Below, piece by piece: positions 1 through 11,424 of a DNA stretch of 64,000 nt. The notes under the pieces were generated by a model, which did not search any database, was not told where the DNA came from, and saw only the letters and a list, made by a program, of their open reading frames with translations. Source of the stretch: Octopus sinensis (taxonomy: Eukaryota); the NCBI RefSeq assembly GCF_006345805.1, contig NC_043004.1, positions 5,952,001-6,016,000 of the forward strand. Reading direction: 5' to 3'. Every line of letters starts with the position of its first letter. Positions within the stretch are counted from its first letter, which is position 1. The position numbers were made by a program, and so were the translations under genes.

Positions 1-424
1 ATATGTATGTATGTGTATGGTGTGGTGTGGTGTGGTGTGTGTGTGTGTGTGTGTGTGTAAGGACAAGCAAATTAGGCAAGTCGATATACAAAAAATATTA
101 AATACATTTTATACAAAAATGTACATATGTATATATATATATAAAGTCCGACTTATACAGAATGGAAATAATATCAGGAATTAAGGGGGTTGAGTAGGAG
201 TTTTATGAGTCCGACAGCTGTTTCTGGGGGCTTGGTGGTCCAAAATAATGCCTGTAACTTGATTCCATCATCAGATATGCGTCTTCAGAAAAAATTTTTA
301 TATTTGAGGTGTTGACAGAATGTAAAATTCTTCCTCGAAGACGGAGGCTGGCGGTATTAGCTTTCATAAGCATTGTCAGTGCAAACCTGCTTTTGACATG
401 TGACAGCAATAGTTTATCGTTTAC

Positions 425-626
425 CTGTTTCAATCATTGGGCAGCGACCAAACTGCGGCAGCGTCTTGATGGGTTTAACCAAACCACTCAGTCCCACTAC
501 ATATTTTTAAGCTTGGTACTTAATTCTGTGAATTTCTTTCGCCGAACCGCTAAGTTACGGGAGTGTAAACAGACCAACACCGCTTGTCAAATAGTGGTTG
601 GAGATAAACACAAGCACAAGGACACA

Positions 627-677
<51 letters not shown>

Positions 678-678
678 T

Positions 679-731
<53 letters not shown>

Positions 732-890
732 TCTTACGAAAGGCTTCCAAACAGTTTCCGTCCAGCAACTTCTCTTACAAGGCGTTGGTCAGCCAAGTGC
801 TATAGTGGAAGATACTTGCCCAAGGTGCCGCGGCGTGGAAATGAACCCAAAACTACGTACTTGCAAATCAGCTTCTTAATTACACAGGCC
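425..890 (-). mobile_element. SINE family A (tRNA-derived) with internal (CA)n/(TA)n
   Basis: Reverse complement of the family consensus GGGCAAGTGTCTTCTACTATAG...GTAACTTAGCGGTTCGGC...TGACTGAAACAAGTAAAAG. Confidence 0.8.
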
Positions 891-1359
891 ATATTAATTT
901 ACGTAAGTTATAAAACTAAATGAGTTTAAAGAAATAACTCAAGTGGGCCAGTTGCATAAATTCAGATAAATAATCTAAGGGACGCTGCATTCAATGACGT
1001 ACACAGAAAATTCTTCAATCATTTGCTGTTGTAACTTTCCTCTTATTTAGGGAAAGAAAGAAGAACCTAACGGTAAATGTTGACCACTCTCAATGAAAAG
1101 GGGGAGATAATTTCGTTTGACACCATCTTCTATCATATTATACGGAAAACAGAGACATGCCAGAAAATGCATTATCAAGAATGCGAAAGGTTTCTAAAAA
1201 ACTTGAAATGGGAAGGTATATTACGAAATAGATATGTTTTGGTGGTCAGAGAACAATAATCTCAATTAGCGACCAACGGAGCCGACTAACAACCAGATAT
1301 ATTCAAAGGTGGAGGCATTGTTTATAAAGATAATAAATAGAGATAAACACTTAAGCGTG

Positions 1360-1770
1360 GACTTGGCTTTGCTGTGTGGGTAAGAAGTTCGCTTTCCAAC
1401 GTTGTGTCTTCTACTATAGCACCGAGACGACTAACGCCTTGGGAGTAAATTTGGTAGACAGAAACTGTGTGGAAGCCCATCGTACATGTGTGTGTATGTG
1501 CTTCCCATCACCGCTTGACAACCGGTGTTGGTATGTTTTTGTCCATGCTATTCAGAGTAATGTACCTTCTCGGATTCCCATTTCAATTTTCCTAGAAGCC
1601 TTTCGCAAATTATCGGTTCGGCAAAAGAGACATATAGAATAAGTACCAGGCTTTAAAGCAAGGATCGATTGGTTCGACTACACCCCCCACCCGCTCCAAA
1701 AAAAATGGATTCTTGGGTGGTGCCCCAGTATAGCGTAGTCCAATGACTGAAGCGAGTAAAAGATAAAAGA
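1360..1770 (+). mobile_element. SINE family A
   Basis: Family motifs CTTCTACTATAGC, GCTTGACAACCG, GAATAAGTACCAGG, CAATGACTGAA. Confidence 0.75.
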
Positions 1771-2154
1771 CCTCATTAAAAATTGATCTTAATTTGGAAA
1801 TTTATGGCGATGACTCATTATTTCGTTGATGGCTCAATTTCCATGCATTTGAAGTTTTCATGAGAGAAAACTCTGTTGTTTGGCTGACATTGTAGACCAA
1901 ATGATAACAAGTTTCTAATATGAGGGAATTGCATGATATAATTTGCCAGCTTTTACAAATTCTGTAGCATCTGCCTCGTTTCAACGAACTTGGTTTTCCT
2001 AGCAACACAATTGTGTCTTCTGTCAAGAATGACACACAAAGAGGAAACTAAATTCTCTGGCTACAAACCAGATAAAACTGAATGTTGCAGTCGTGAAATT
2101 TACTTCCTCAAAGAACTTCGGCGTATCCTAACAGGTTGAGTGGTAAATTAATTT

Positions 2155-2188
2155 GAATAATAATAATAATAATAATAACAACAACAAC

Positions 2189-2222
<34 letters not shown>

Positions 2223-2258
2223 TTAATAATAATAATAATAATAATAATAATGATAATA

Positions 2259-2295
<37 letters not shown>

Positions 2296-2368
2296 TATTA
2301 TTATTATTATATTATTATTATTATTATTATTATTATCATTATTATAAATAATGATAATAATAATAATG
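2155..2368. repeat. (AAT)n switching to (ATT)n microsatellite
   Basis: Direct reading; the strand switch is at about 2295. Confidence 0.95.
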
Positions 2369-2619
2369 ATTTCTTTTATTGGCCACAAGGGCTCAAAACA
2401 TGAAGGACAATATGAAAGGACGAATTATAACACACAAAAGCAAAACGAGTGGTGTTTACGTCAATCAAAGGGAGACACTACCACATTAAAGAATGTAATA
2501 AAGGATATCGAAATAGAATTTAGAGAAATAAATAGAATATAGGGAAATTTAGAGAAATGAAAAAAAAAAAGCGGGGTAGCCCTCTTAAGTTAATTCAGGG
2601 TAAACCGAATAATAATACT

Positions 2620-2945
2620 TTCTGCTATAAATGCAAGGCCTGAAATTTTGGGGGAGGGGGCTAAGTCGATTACATCGACCCCAGTTCTCAACTGGTACTT
2701 AATTTATCGACTCCGAAAGGATGAAAGGCAAAGGCGACCTCGGCGGAATTTGAACTCAGAACGTAACGACAGACGAAATCACGCTAAGTATTTCGCCCGG
2801 CGTGCTAACGTTTCTGCCAGCTCGCCGCCTTATATCTATTTCTTTACTACCCACAAGGGGTAAACACAGAGGAGACAAACAAAGCCAGACAAACGGATTA
2901 CATTGACCCCGGCGTGCTAACGTTTCTACCAGCTCGCCGCCTTAG
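2620..2945 (-). mobile_element. SINE family B copies
   Basis: Reverse complement of the family B consensus, two heads. Confidence 0.8.
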
Positions 2946-2949
2946 CAAG

Positions 2950-3002
<53 letters not shown>

Positions 3003-3005
<3 letters not shown>

Positions 3006-3672
3006 AATGAAACAATAAATCATATTATCTCTAGCTGCCCAGTCCTGGCTAAGAAGGAATATATTCACAGACATGACAGAGTTGGAACCTACATACATTG
3101 GAAGCTATGCCAACATTATGGAATAACAACAGAAAAAAGATGGTATAGGCACACACCAGAAAAGGTCACAGAAAATGAGAAAGCAACCATACTCTGGGAT
3201 ATGCCGATATACACAGATAGAGAAATTAAGGCCAACAGACCAGATATAGTTGTCAGAGATCATGAAGAAAAAAAATGCCTTCTAATTGATGTATCAATAC
3301 CGGCAGATGACAACGTGTCTCTAAAAGAAATGGAGAAACTCTCAAAATACAAAGACCTGGAAATAGAGATAACTAGAATGTGGAACCTGAAAACAGAAAC
3401 AATTCCTATCATAGTAGGTGCATTAGGCATGATAAAAAAATATTCAGACAAATACATAACAAAAACACCAGGACTTACAAACACATATAACATACAGAAA
3501 ATTGCACTACTAGGCACTGCACACATCCTACGCAGAACACTTTCCATACAATAACCATCAGAGCATCACAACAAATCACAGCACATACCCAAGGCACACA
3601 GAGCTGCGCTCGGTAGTGAAGTGAAAGCACGCTATAAAAATAAAACTACTGAATAATAATAATAATAATAAA
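3003..3672 (+). mobile_element. 5'-truncated R4/Dong-type non-LTR retrotransposon (restriction-like endonuclease domain)
   Basis: Uninterrupted frame 3003-3554: ETINHIISSC (end of CCHC knuckle), RHD, ILWD, RPDIVV...LLIDVSIP (PD-(D/E)xK), IPIIVGALG. Flanked on both sides by (AAT)n. Confidence 0.88.
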
Positions 3673-4237
3673 ATGCCCTGATGCAGTACCAGGCAGTGGC
3701 TCTCATGGCTTCTGATCTTAACTGATTGGAAGTGTTATGTACATTGTTTTGTCTTGGTATAAAAGATGGGCTACAGCAAATATTCTGCTCAATACCACAG
3801 ATTTGCTTGTCAGTTGCTTGACCTTAACCAGTTGAGCATGTCCCTTAGTGGCTGACGATATGTGCATCTCTGATCACGAGCAGAAGTAGTGGGGGAGCAT
3901 CATAGCCATGTGTTGAGAGGGATTCTTTGGGGTTTGAATAATTCACCTCTGGAAACATGGGTGGTTCTTTCAACATCCTTAAACAACCCTTATTCAGGGA
4001 CCTTTTGAGCGGGATGGGCTACTCAACCTGAAGAAAATTCTAACTGGGCCCCACCTGCAAGGTCATGTGCTGTTTATCTTGATATGAGATCACCATGTCG
4101 CGCACATATGGTTGTGATGCATGTGCCTGGTGTACCCTTATCAGACGGGTAGTCATGATGGGTATATTGGGCTTCGTATATTTTACCCCAGTATCACTTT
4201 GATGGCAGGCACTGCTCTCTCACTCAATAATAATAAT
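3673..4237 (+). mobile_element. Non-coding interspersed element ending in (AAT)n, adjacent to the R4/Dong copy
   Basis: About 560 nt of moderately GC-rich non-coding sequence bounded by (AAT)n arrays; family assignment is inference. Confidence 0.45.
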
Positions 4238-4244
4238 GCGGTTA

Positions 4245-4383
4245 AGAAGCTCGCCTTTGCAGTTACGTGGTTTGGGAATTCAGTTCCACTTCTCGGCACC
4301 TTAGGCAAGTGTCTTCTGGTATAGGCACGGGTGACCAATACCTTGTGAGTGAATTTGCTATATGGAAACTCCTAGGAAATCCG

Positions 4384-4430
<47 letters not shown>

Positions 4431-4630
4431 CGTGCGTGCGCGCGCCTTTGCATTTGTCCCTCGTCGCTGACTGACAACCGGTGTTGGTTTGTTTACGTCT
4501 CCGTAACTTAGCGGCGAAAGAGACCGATAGAATAAAAACCAGATTTAAAGAGACATAACATAAGTAGTGGAGTCATTTTATTCGACCAAACTCTTGAAGG
4601 CATTACCCCAGCACTGTGATTGCAATGGAC
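4245..4630 (+). mobile_element. SINE family A
   Basis: CAGTTCCACT..GGCACCTTAGGCAAGTGTCTTCT head and (GT)n linker. Confidence 0.75.
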
Positions 4631-4807
4631 ATAAGCTTTTAACATTAATTTACATTTAAACACAGAAATTTAGGTTATGTTCAGCCGAGAAAAGAATCAT
4701 ATTTACATATTTAAAAGCTCTCAGCACCCAGACATCGACCTAAACTAGAGAAGTGAGATTTTTAACCCTTACCCAGGCGAAAGAATTGATATTTTATTGT
4801 ACCTCAC

Positions 4808-4977
4808 CATCGAGGATGTATACTGAGGGTGTTGGTAGTAGAAAGAGCTTCTGGCCAGTGGAAAAGAGACCTTTCCGCAAGAATCGGAAGAGTAAGAGGC
4901 TCCAAATGGTTAGATGAAAAGTGGAACAATACTCGACGACCCTTGATTAACGGAGATATATGTGTTGGCAAATTCAT
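4808..4977 (-). CDS. Candidate first coding exon of an unidentified minus-strand gene continuing leftward
   Basis: Unique CpG-rich sequence. ATG at 4977, open frame MNLPTHISPLIKGRRVLFHFSSNHLEPLTLPILAERSLFHWPEALSTTNTLSIHPR, good donor TG|GTGAGG at 4808/4807. No family recognised. Confidence 0.35.
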
Positions 4978-5099
4978 AACTGACTTCTCTAGAGTAGCTT
5001 CCACTTGGTCTATTTCTTGTTGAGACTGGCTACTCTGTTCGTAACCTCGTCCCAATTCCTGTTCGCCTAGAATCCCAAACCGAATCAGATCTCAAGCAG

Positions 5100-5250
5100 T
5101 TTAACCAGTCCGTCGATCCAGCGCCCCAAAACCGTAGTCCGAAAGTATGGATTTGCCTCTCCCGTTGTAATAGATATATATATATTAAATCGCTGTAAAA
5201 CTATTAATCAGCGTGCAACCCGTGACGGCGTACGTAACGAAGGCGACCTC
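5100..5250. promoter_or_regulatory. CpG-rich putative promoter upstream of the 4808-4977 candidate exon
   Basis: Dense CpG (cgtgacggcgtacgtaacg) in an otherwise CpG-poor, AT-rich background; not a recognised repeat. Confidence 0.3.
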
Positions 5251-5352
5251 TTCTTAATATGTGTAAAAATATTACAGTATAATAAATTCAAAATATTATA
5301 AAACCAAATATATCTTACTTGATCAAAACTATCATATTCATAATATTACAAG

Positions 5353-5760
5353 GAAAGGCGGCGAGCTGGCAGAAACGTTAACGCACCGGGCGAAATGCTT
5401 AGCGGTATTTCGACTGCCGTTACGTTCTGAGTTCAAATTCCGCCGAGGTCGACTTTGCCTTTCATCCCTTCGGGATCGATTAAATAAGTACCATTTACGC
5501 ACTGGGTCGATATAATCGACTTAATCCGTTTGTCTGTCCTTTGTGTTTAGCCCCTTGTGGGTAGTAAAGAAGTAGGTATTTCGTCTGTCGTTACGTTCTG
5601 AGTTCAAATTCTGCCGAGGTCGGCTTTGCCTTTCATCTTTTCGGGGTCAATAAATAAAGTACCAGTTTCGCACTGGGGTCGATGTAATCGATTTAATCCG
5701 TTTGTCTGTCCTTGTTTGTCCCCTCTATGTTTAACCCCTTGTGGGCAGTAAAGAAATATA
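5353..5760 (+). mobile_element. SINE family B, tandem partial dimer
   Basis: GGCGGCGAGCTGGCAGAAACGTT...GAGTTCAAATTCCGCCGAGGTCGACTTTGCCTTTCATCC...TAAATAAGTACCA, with the 3' three-quarters repeated from about 5575. Confidence 0.85.
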
Positions 5761-6289
5761 TATTTATAATATTACAAGGCAACTTTTCTATCCTTGCCGC
5801 TAGCATAGACCTCAATTACAATCGGCATAATTAAGTTCACCTCCAAGAAATTATTCGACTGCTCAGATTTCCAGATTCAATAACCTGTCTTGGCACCTCA
5901 CTGACCTCATAACTTTCTTATTAAGAGTTAAAACACTGAAGATTTTTCAGCCCATTCAGCTGTAACATGTAGGTAGCAGAAAATAACTACATGAACGAAT
6001 AGTTCTTTAAGATGTAACTCAGTAAGTTTCAACATTCAAATGGATTATTTGAGCTTAGAGAAATATTTGATTCATTCATCGATTTTTTAAATGGAATATA
6101 TTATCGCTTGCATCAATTGATATATAATCGATATCATATATTTCATACAATTGATTAACATTAAGTTCAATCTAATCATTTTCTATTTAATGATATTTCC
6201 ACATAAATCCAAATAAGTTATTGAAATAAGATGAAGTTGTGAAGAGTTTTGAAATATTTGAAAGGATCGAATCAAAATTGATGAAAATT

Positions 6290-6590
6290 GTTGGCACTCT
6301 GTCGGTTACGTCGACGAGGGTTCCAGTTGATCCGATTAACGAAACAGCTGCTCGTGAAATTAACATGCAAGTGGTTGAGTACAACACAGGGAGAATCAGC
6401 GTGACATATAATGTGACAAGGCTGGCCCCTTTGAATTACAGGTACAACTCATTTTTGCCAGCTGAGTGGACTGGAGCAACGTGAAATAAAGTGTTTTGCT
6501 CAGGGACACAACACGCTGTCAGGAATCGAACTCATGATCGTGGGCCAAATACACTAATCACTAAGCCACGCGGCTTCACTTGGTAAAAAT
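6290..6590 (-). mobile_element. SINE family D (related copy at about 40090-40380 +)
   Basis: Minus-strand tRNA-like head GTGGCTTAGTGATTAGTGT...GAGTTCGATTCC followed by GTGTTGTGTCCCTGAGCAAAACACTTTATTTCAC. Confidence 0.7.
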
Positions 6591-7364
6591 TACCTCTATC
6601 TTAAATCGCATAGAATAAAGTACATTGCATGTACTTTATTCTGTGAGGTTTAAGATAGCTCGCCTGCTATGTTGTGCTGGAAAAGCATTTATAGCATTAT
6701 AGATTTGCTTCTTGCAAGATGATGCATCAATATGACTAATGGTCAATGAACATGACTAATGATAAGTAATCCAGAAACTTTATTAAACCTCTAAAATATA
6801 TGGTATGGAACTTTGTTTAAACTTCACTCCAGAAATATTGCAAGCAGGTAAACCTTAAATCATAAAATATATAATCATGCAATTAACCCCATATCCCGAA
6901 AATTACTGACCTTATGCCAAAATTTGAAACCATTATCATTATTATTATTTTAATACAATTTAGTGTGAATCTATTACCGACTCTATAAGGGTGGCACAGT
7001 TGGTAACGTGCTGAGCAGTAATTATTTCTGTTGATTAATAACCGAGTTCAAATCCTACTAGTCAGCTTCGGTACTACGTTTTTATCTCACTGTTGGTATG
7101 CAGGAAATATTTACTATATTCAGTTTAATAGACTACAGCTGCTCCAAGACATCATGTATGTATATGTACAAACTATATTATGCAATAGAAATTTATACAA
7201 AGTCAACGTACTCCAAAACCTACGTAACGGGGTCCTCGAGGATGACTTTTCGCTTAGTACTGATATCTAGGATATTAATGCACGTTTTCCCCACCTTCAC
7301 TAGAGAACGCTTTTTTCCCCATCTGCTTTTAATTGAAATGTTCATTTGGATTTCCTAAATTTTT

Positions 7365-7553
7365 AGCCGTATTTGAGAAACACTGACAAAATTCCGTGCA
7401 GCACAGAATTTTGTCAGTGAACAGGTCGCGGTCTCAAAGCGACGAAAATATTTTGGCAAATTCAATTTAAATGTTGAAGTGAATCTAACGGGTTTTTTTT
7501 TTTTTTGTGCGTTTCTTAAATGGCTTATGAACATCTTCCACGCTGCAATTGTT
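7365..7553. mobile_element. Partial copy of the palindromic MITE family
   Basis: CAGTGAACAGGTCGCG...CCACGCTGCAATTGT right arm. Confidence 0.7.
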
Positions 7554-8902
7554 ATATACTCCATTCGTTGCCTTTCCTGAATCAGCGTTTTCTCCGGCAG
7601 TACTAGAATCAAGGATAACGACTTACCCGCTCCCCGATTCGAGATTACTGGCCTTCTACCTAAGTCAGAAACGAAGTGGGAATAACATATTTCGATCCTA
7701 CAATGGCTGCCAACCAATTCTAATTTGGCCGCAAATTTAATTTTATTTAAAAGATACACCGTGTTTTTGATGTAAAGACATTAACTCGGTCAATAAAGAT
7801 TTTAAATTATTCACCCTTAACATCAGTCCCTGTCTTAAAAAAAAATTAACGGTAGTGAAATACTGTTAAGATTTTGTCCAAATGGATGCTATAAGAATCT
7901 ACTCAAGTTTAAATAAGTTGGGTGCCTCTTATGTCTTGAAATTGTTTCCGGAGTTAGATTCAGAGTAAGCGAGGACTTAATTACCGAGAATGTCAGCTGT
8001 GAAAGTCATGAATTTGAGCGTTTCTATCAGGAAGATATGCTATGCGGCCTTTTGAGAAATTGAAGGAAGATGTGAAACAAAACATTTGAGAAAGACTGAT
8101 CTAAACAAAACACTCCTTTTAACCATCGAATACTATGAGACGAAACCCTTGTGCAATTATTTTTTAGAATTCGAAATATTATGATGAAATATATTGTACA
8201 AATTCTGGACAGATCCAAATAAATTTGCGACTTCATTGTAAGCAGGCGCCTGCATTAACTCCATGACAGTCATTGTAGGATCGAGATGTGTTATTCTCGT
8301 TTGGTTCCTGACTTAGATAGAAGGCCAGTAATCTCGAATCGGGGTGCGGGTAAGTAAATACCCTCGATTCTAGTACTAGACTGCCGGGAAAATACACTGA
8401 TCCATGAAAGGCAGAGAATGGAGTACAGTGTTTTGTTTAGATCAGTGTTTCTAAAATGTTTTGTTTCACATCCTTCTTCGATTTCTGAAAGGTCGCATAG
8501 CATACCTTTCTAATGGAAACTCTCAAATTCATGATCCGCTCGCTAAAAGCAGTTAGTTTCTGGTCTTATTTAGCAATAATATAGCTTTCTTTTCCCGTGA
8601 TAAAAGAAAAAAGTCAACACCGGTCTGCTGGTTTCCCGCGCTAAAAAAAAACATATACCACATCCTTATAACTGCCACGCTCTTTGGATTTTGAGATTAT
8701 CTCCCCATCTCAAGTGGAACAGGCCTTAATTTGCTATTTGCTAATCATGCCACATTCTCTAGAGACGGAGAAAAATCTAATAAATCATAGTTTTATGTTA
8801 CATGGTGTTGGATATACCTGTACTTGTCTGTGTATGTATATATATATGTGTGTATGCATATGTATATATGTATGTGTATCCCAAAACGATATATATATAT
8901 AT

Positions 8903-9098
8903 AACAATTGCAGCGTGGAAGGTGTTTATAAGCCATTTAAAAAACACACAATAACCGTTAGATTCACTTCAACATTAAAATTTAGTGGTTTTTATGTGTT
9001 TCTTAAATGGCTTATAAACACCTTCCACGCTGCAATTGTTTTCGTTCCAGCACACGATCTCATATCAGGTCTCTTGCTATACGAGTACATCTCCGTAA
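8903..9098. mobile_element. Internally deleted copy of the palindromic MITE family
   Basis: Same ACAATTGCAGCGTGGAAGG arms and GTACATCTC tail as 59086-59416; flanked by (TA)n and (TACA)n. Confidence 0.75.
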
Positions 9099-9238
9099 TA
9101 CATACATACATACATACATACATACATACATACATACATACATACATACATACATACATACATACATACATACATACATACATACATACGTACGTACGTA
9201 CGTATGTATGTATGTATGTATATATATATATATATATA
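9099..9238. repeat. (TACA)n-(TACG)n-(TATG)n-(TA)n microsatellite
   Basis: Direct reading. Confidence 0.95.
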
Positions 9239-9239
9239 T

Positions 9240-10165
9240 CAGGTCACCCCATAAGTTCTGTCCGAATTTTGAATAACGAAAACAAGTGATCAAATGTTAT
9301 ATTTAATTGAAATTTAATCACCAATGTACTTCCCTAGATTATCTATGACTTCCATCTATTTACAAGCTTTTTAATCCCATCAATGTAAAACTCTTTTGGT
9401 TTCAAAGCGAAGAACTATGAAATGTCAGTTTCGACCTCCTCCTGGCTTGCGAAAGTTATGTCCACCAAATGATTCTGTAAACTACGAAACAAATGACAGT
9501 CTGAAGGAGCAAGGTTGGGAGAATAAGGTAGATGAGGAATTTTTCCCAACCAAGCTCTTCGATCTTATGTGATGTGATCTTTGCAGTGTGGGGCCGCGCA
9601 CTGTCCTGATGAAACATCACTCCTTTTCGATTCACTAAAGCGGGTCATTTTTTCTTCAAAGCTTGGTTTAAACGCTCTAATTGCTGACAGTAGACTTGAG
9701 CATTGATTGTTGCATTAGGTGGTAACAATTCAAAGTGGATTACTCCTTTGCAATCAGACCAGATAGAGAGAAGAAGCTTTTTCCCATGAAGTTCCCTACT
9801 CGGCTGTGGTTGAGCTTTTTCCCTTTTACCAAGCCACTGTTTGCGTTTAATATTTCGACAGAAGATCCATTTTTCGTTACCAGTCATAAGTCCTTCCGAA
9901 AAGTACCCCTGTTGTACTCTTTCTCCCCAACTTCCTCTCACTCTTTCTTCATGTTTCTTGGGTAACGCTGCGATGGACTGGCGTCCCGTCCGGCTGGGGG
10001 AAACATACGCCACGGAAACTGGGAAACCGGGCCCATGAGCCTGGCTAGGCTTGAAGGCTTGAAACGGGCGAATAAATAATATATATATATATATATATAT
10101 AACTAATGTAGGATAAAATTTTTTTCGGGAAAAAAATTTCATCAATGGCCAGCATATCAAAAAAT
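9240..10165 (-). mobile_element. Degenerate mariner (DD34D) transposon interrupted by a short SINE-like insertion at about 9960-10090
   Basis: TGNEKWI, KKLLLSIW, GVIHFELLP...TINAQVYCQQLERL, FHQDSARPH and PYSPNLAPSD motifs; mariner-like end TATCAGGTCACCCCATAAGT near 9237. Confidence 0.88.
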
Positions 10166-10472
10166 ACCTTTAAAGGTTAAATTTATAAATAATTTACAAT
10201 ATAAGGGCAAAAGAAAAAAATCTAATGCCAAATATGCCAGAAAAAAGACAAAAATTGTCAATAACCATTATAATTTATGCGTCTCGAAACAAACCGATAG
10301 AAATTTCTATAAAATCCGTTATTACCGTATTGGTCCCAATTTCGAGGTTAATTCATAAGAATTTTCCCCTCTTCAGCGATAAATACGTGAGATATAAGTG
10401 AAATACTTACTCATACCCATGGAAAAAGCAAGTACTAAGTCATATTTATATATATATATCATACATATATAA

Positions 10473-10530
<58 letters not shown>

Positions 10531-10984
10531 TATATATATTATATATATATATACGTATTTTGTAATTATCTGTTTAATTAATTGATTTCAACCTACATCC
10601 AACATATGAATCCCATTTTGGAACCACACCCTAGCATCACCTTCCTGATTTCTTCCCTTGAATGAAAATTAAATCATGCATACTAATAAGAAACTATATC
10701 GCTCTATATTGAAAAAAAAAAAAACACACTAAAGGATTTCCACACGAAAATTTAACTATAGGGGATATATAAAAGAAAAAACCCTATTTCTTGTACTTGG
10801 TAATGGAAAACGAAATATAAAGAAATTGAGTAGTCGGTAATAAATTAGACTTCGCTCTCTTCCATATTTTTTTCTATAACGATGTTATGCAAGAGAAATT
10901 TTCACTGAAGTCGTTTTGATAGCTGAGGGTCTTTAACCTTAAATTATTCAAGAATTTACGGTTCAACGAATTCTAGTAGTCACT

Positions 10985-11080
10985 TTGTACCTAGGCGGTC
11001 TCTGATACCCATAATGCAATAGCCATCATGGCTGTATTTTAAAATCTACTTCCGCCCGCTCTCGTTCACTCGTAACTTAT
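10985..11080. promoter_or_regulatory. Putative (possibly bidirectional) promoter of the XTBD gene
   Basis: Local CpG enrichment, ACTTCCGCCC (ETS/GABP-like plus GC-box-like) at about 11048-11057, and the palindrome AGCCATCATGGCT, about 150 nt upstream of the ATG. Confidence 0.5.
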
Positions 11081-11208
11081 AACTTAGTATTAGTTATAAT
11101 AACATATATATATATATAAATATATTATATACAGGGTATATACATACACGTACGGGGACGTAGCTCTATAATATATATCTATCTTTCTATCAAATTTATC
11201 AACTCGCA

Positions 11209-11424
11209 ATGTCTGATAAAAAAATTTCGAAATACCGAAATGCTTTTGAGAGTAGCACTGAATGGGGGCTACGAAGAAAGTTCCTTAAAGTACATCAAGA
11301 TAAGTTTGACGAAGACCGCCTGGTTTGCCTGTCCATGTGTTACGTCAATGTAGAGGTGTATGGATGCACCTATCCTGCGCCAGTGATGAAATGCATTCAA
11401 CGACTTAAAGCTGAGTTAAAGTGA
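11209..11424 (+). CDS. Stand-alone XRN2-binding domain (XTBD) protein, PAXT-1/CDKN2AIPNL-like, 71 aa, single coding exon
   Basis: Translation MSDKKISKYRNAFESSTEWGLRRKFLKVHQDKFDEDRLVCLSMCYVNVEVYGCTYPAPVMKCIQRLKAELK follows the XTBD pattern ES-x3-W-x-LR-x2-F-x3-H...L-x-CLS-x4-NV-x3-GCxY-x4-M. It has ATG and TGA, no repeat-like composition, and a CpG-containing promoter-like segment just upstream. Confidence 0.9.
   Translation: MSDKKISKYRNAFESSTEWGLRRKFLKVHQDKFDEDRLVCLSMCYVNVEVYGCTYPAPVMKCIQRLKAELK

Noticed and set aside
203-433. Minus-strand ORF phase-compatible with the 4808 donor
   Set aside because: The acceptor lacks a polypyrimidine tract and the peptide is unrecognisable; the match could be chance.
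309-923. 204-aa ORF
   Set aside because: Runs through a SINE and (CA)n/(TA)n arrays; low complexity.
2128-2388. Poly-N/I/L ORFs
   Set aside because: (AAT)n microsatellite translations.
6187-6484. ORFs resembling a membrane-protein fragment (MLISRAAVSLIGSTGTLVDVTDRV...)
   Set aside because: Largely overlap the body of a family D SINE.
8684-9293. 201-aa ORF and overlapping ORFs
   Set aside because: Composed of the palindromic MITE and (TACA)n repeat.
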